Shown one piece after another: positions 62,935 through 64,000 of a stretch of DNA of 64,000 bases. A program made the position numbers and the translations under genes. The notes under the pieces were generated by a model. That model had not been told where the DNA came from. It saw nothing but the letters and a program-made list of their open reading frames with translations, and did not search any database. Positions within the stretch are counted from its first letter, which is position 1, and each line of letters starts with the position of its first letter. Origin of the DNA: an uncultured Pseudomonadota bacterium (GTDB lineage: Bacteria; Pseudomonadota; Gammaproteobacteria; Burkholderiales; Casimicrobiaceae). The DNA lies in assembly GCA_963768545.1 (NCBI GenBank), contig CAVYIC010000006.1:97626-161625 (forward strand), written 5' to 3'.

Positions 62935-64000
62935 ATGACCTCACAACATTTCGAGGGCTTCCGGCGCACCGACGGCACGGTCGGCGTACGCAACCACGTG
63001 CTGGTGATGTCGGTGACGGGACTCACCGGACCCACGGCGCGGCGCATCGGACGCGCGGTCCCCGGTGCCCGCGTGATCACGACGCCGTTCGGCAGCGGCC
63101 TGTTCGGCGAAGATGCCGCGCTGCAGCGTCGCGCACTGACGGCGTTCGGCCGTCATCCCAACGTCGCCGCCGCTCTGGTGATCGGCGGGACGCCGCCCTA
63201 CGTCGACGACATCGCGCAGGCGATCGCGGCGAGCGGCAAGCCGGTCGAGGCGCTCGTGCTCGACGACTGCGAGCACGACGCCATCACGCTGACCGAGCGC
63301 GGCACCCGCATCGCCGCGCGCATGATGCGCGACGTCTCGCGCGCGCGTCGCACGCGCGTCGAGCTCGGCGAGCTCTGCCTCGGCATGGAATGCGGCCGCT
63401 CCGATCCGAGCTCGGGCCTCGTCTCCAACCCGCTCGTGGGCACGATCGTCGATGCGGTGATCGCGGCCGGCGGGCGCGCCGTGTTCGGCGAAACGATCGA
63501 ATGGCTCGGTGCGGAGCATCTGCTCGCGCAGCGCGCAGCCGATCCGAGCGTCGCGCGCGCGATCCGCGACGCGGTGCTGAGGCGCGAGCGCGCGAGCGTC
63601 GCGGCGGGCATGGACCTGCTCGGCAACAATCCCGGGCCGACGAACATTGCGGCGGGCTTGTCGACGATCGAGGAAAAATCGCTCGGTGCGATCGCCAAGG
63701 GCGGCCGCTCTCCCATTCGCGGCGTCGTCGCCATCGCCGAGCCGTTGCCGGGCCCCGGTCTCTACCTGATGGATGCGCCCGCGTATGCGCCGGAATCGGT
63801 CGGCGGACTCGTCGCGTCCGGTGCGCAGATCGTGTTGTTCACGACCGGTGTCGGCAACAGCTTCGTGAGCGGCATCGCGCCGACGATCAAGATTTCCGCG
63901 AATCCGATCGCGACGCGGCGCCTGCGCGAGCAGCTCGACTTCGACGCGAGCGGCGTGTTCGAAAGCAGGGCATCGCTCGCGGAAGCGACGGCGCGACTGC
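62935..64000 (+). CDS. UxaA/GarD family sugar-acid dehydratase, large subunit without N-terminal SAF (3' partial)
   Basis: MTSQHFEGFRRTDGTVGVRNHV; HPNV; GMECGRSD..SG..SNP; GETIE; NNPGPTNIAAGLSTIEEKSLG; FTTGVG. Confidence 0.88.
   Translation, partial: MTSQHFEGFRRTDGTVGVRNHVLVMSVTGLTGPTARRIGRAVPGARVITTPFGSGLFGEDAALQRRALTAFGRHPNVAAALVIGGTPPYVDDIAQAIAASGKPVEALVLDDCEHDAITLTERGTRIAARMMRDVSRARRTRVELGELCLGMECGRSDPSSGLVSNPLVGTIVDAVIAAGGRAVFGETIEWLGAEHLLAQRAADPSVARAIRDAVLRRERASVAAGMDLLGNNPGPTNIAAGLSTIEEKSLGAIAKGGRSPIRGVVAIAEPLPGPGLYLMDAPAYAPESVGGLVASGAQIVLFTTGVGNSFVSGIAPTIKISANPIATRRLREQLDFDASGVFESRASLAEATARL

Overview
High-GC bacterial DNA; the Bug/TctC gene and overall gene content suggest a betaproteobacterium. 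Many apparent single-base indels, probably long-read errors, split real genes across ORF frames, so I reconstructed several genes by eye. (1) 1-25.6 kb is the distal half of an extracellular contractile injection system (eCIS, Afp/PVC-like). It encodes gp25, baseplate J, tail-I, three paralogous fibre-like genes, a tape-measure-like gene and an AAA+ ATPase. A cargo block follows directly: a 1866-aa DUF4157 protein with a ComEC-type metallo-beta-lactamase-fold domain, a gp26-like CxxC chaperone, an 883-aa DUF4157 protein ending in a PD-(D/E)xK-like nuclease, and a candidate immunity gene. A sensor-less sigma54 activator and a WYL regulator lie next to it. (2) 28-40 kb holds TctC, a stand-alone A-T-TE NRPS-like enzyme with non-canonical motifs, and a two-component module whose flanking genes (GFA; DUF1127-methyltransferase-hydrolase) share a TGAAACAAACGAAAC upstream box. 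(3) 40-51 kb is a candidate defence/conflict island: TM0106 nuclease-helicase, GHKL ATPase, RelE-like-UvrD-ankyrin helicase and Fic. (4) 51-64 kb is a LacI-controlled sugar/sugar-acid uptake and catabolism cluster. I saw no rRNA, tRNA, CRISPR array, integrase or transposase. All family assignments come from motif recognition, not database searches.
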